Below, one piece after another: positions 63,967 to 64,000 of a DNA stretch of 64,000 bases. A program made the translations under genes and the position numbers. The first letter of the stretch is position 1. Every line of letters starts with the position of its first letter. The notes under the pieces are model-generated. The model worked only from the letters and a program-made list of their open reading frames with translations, searched no databases and had not been told where the DNA came from. Source of the stretch: the human T2T-CHM13v2.0 reference genome, Homo sapiens; assembly GCF_009914755.1 (NCBI RefSeq), contig NC_060936.1; one strand, written 5' to 3'.

Positions 63967-64000
63967 TGATCCAGTCCCAGAAAGATATATTTGTCTACAT

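Overview
Primate (human-like) genomic DNA, AT-rich and mostly intronic and repeat-derived. It holds 15 consecutive coding exons of ADAMTS20 on the minus strand: the end of the spacer domain and the tandem thrombospondin type-1 repeat (TSR) array, about exons 17-31 by memory. I placed every splice boundary by hand. All are GT-AG and join into one open frame of 2507 nt. The introns carry L1, Alu, MaLR, MIR, L2 and hAT elements. Most notable: (1) an in-phase alternative last exon at 45076-45306 whose protein tail is about half encoded by an antisense L2 fragment; (2) a sense-oriented L1PA7-like element with two internal deletions that remove the endonuclease and reverse transcriptase regions, with both junctions in frame; (3) decayed TSR modules in the last two exons; (4) Alus in alternating orientation around frame-symmetric exon blocks, which could yield stop-free circular RNAs; (5) a young AluYa5. 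I found no evidence for a wholly new gene or system. Repeat subfamily names come from remembered consensus sequences and need RepeatMasker/Dfam confirmation.
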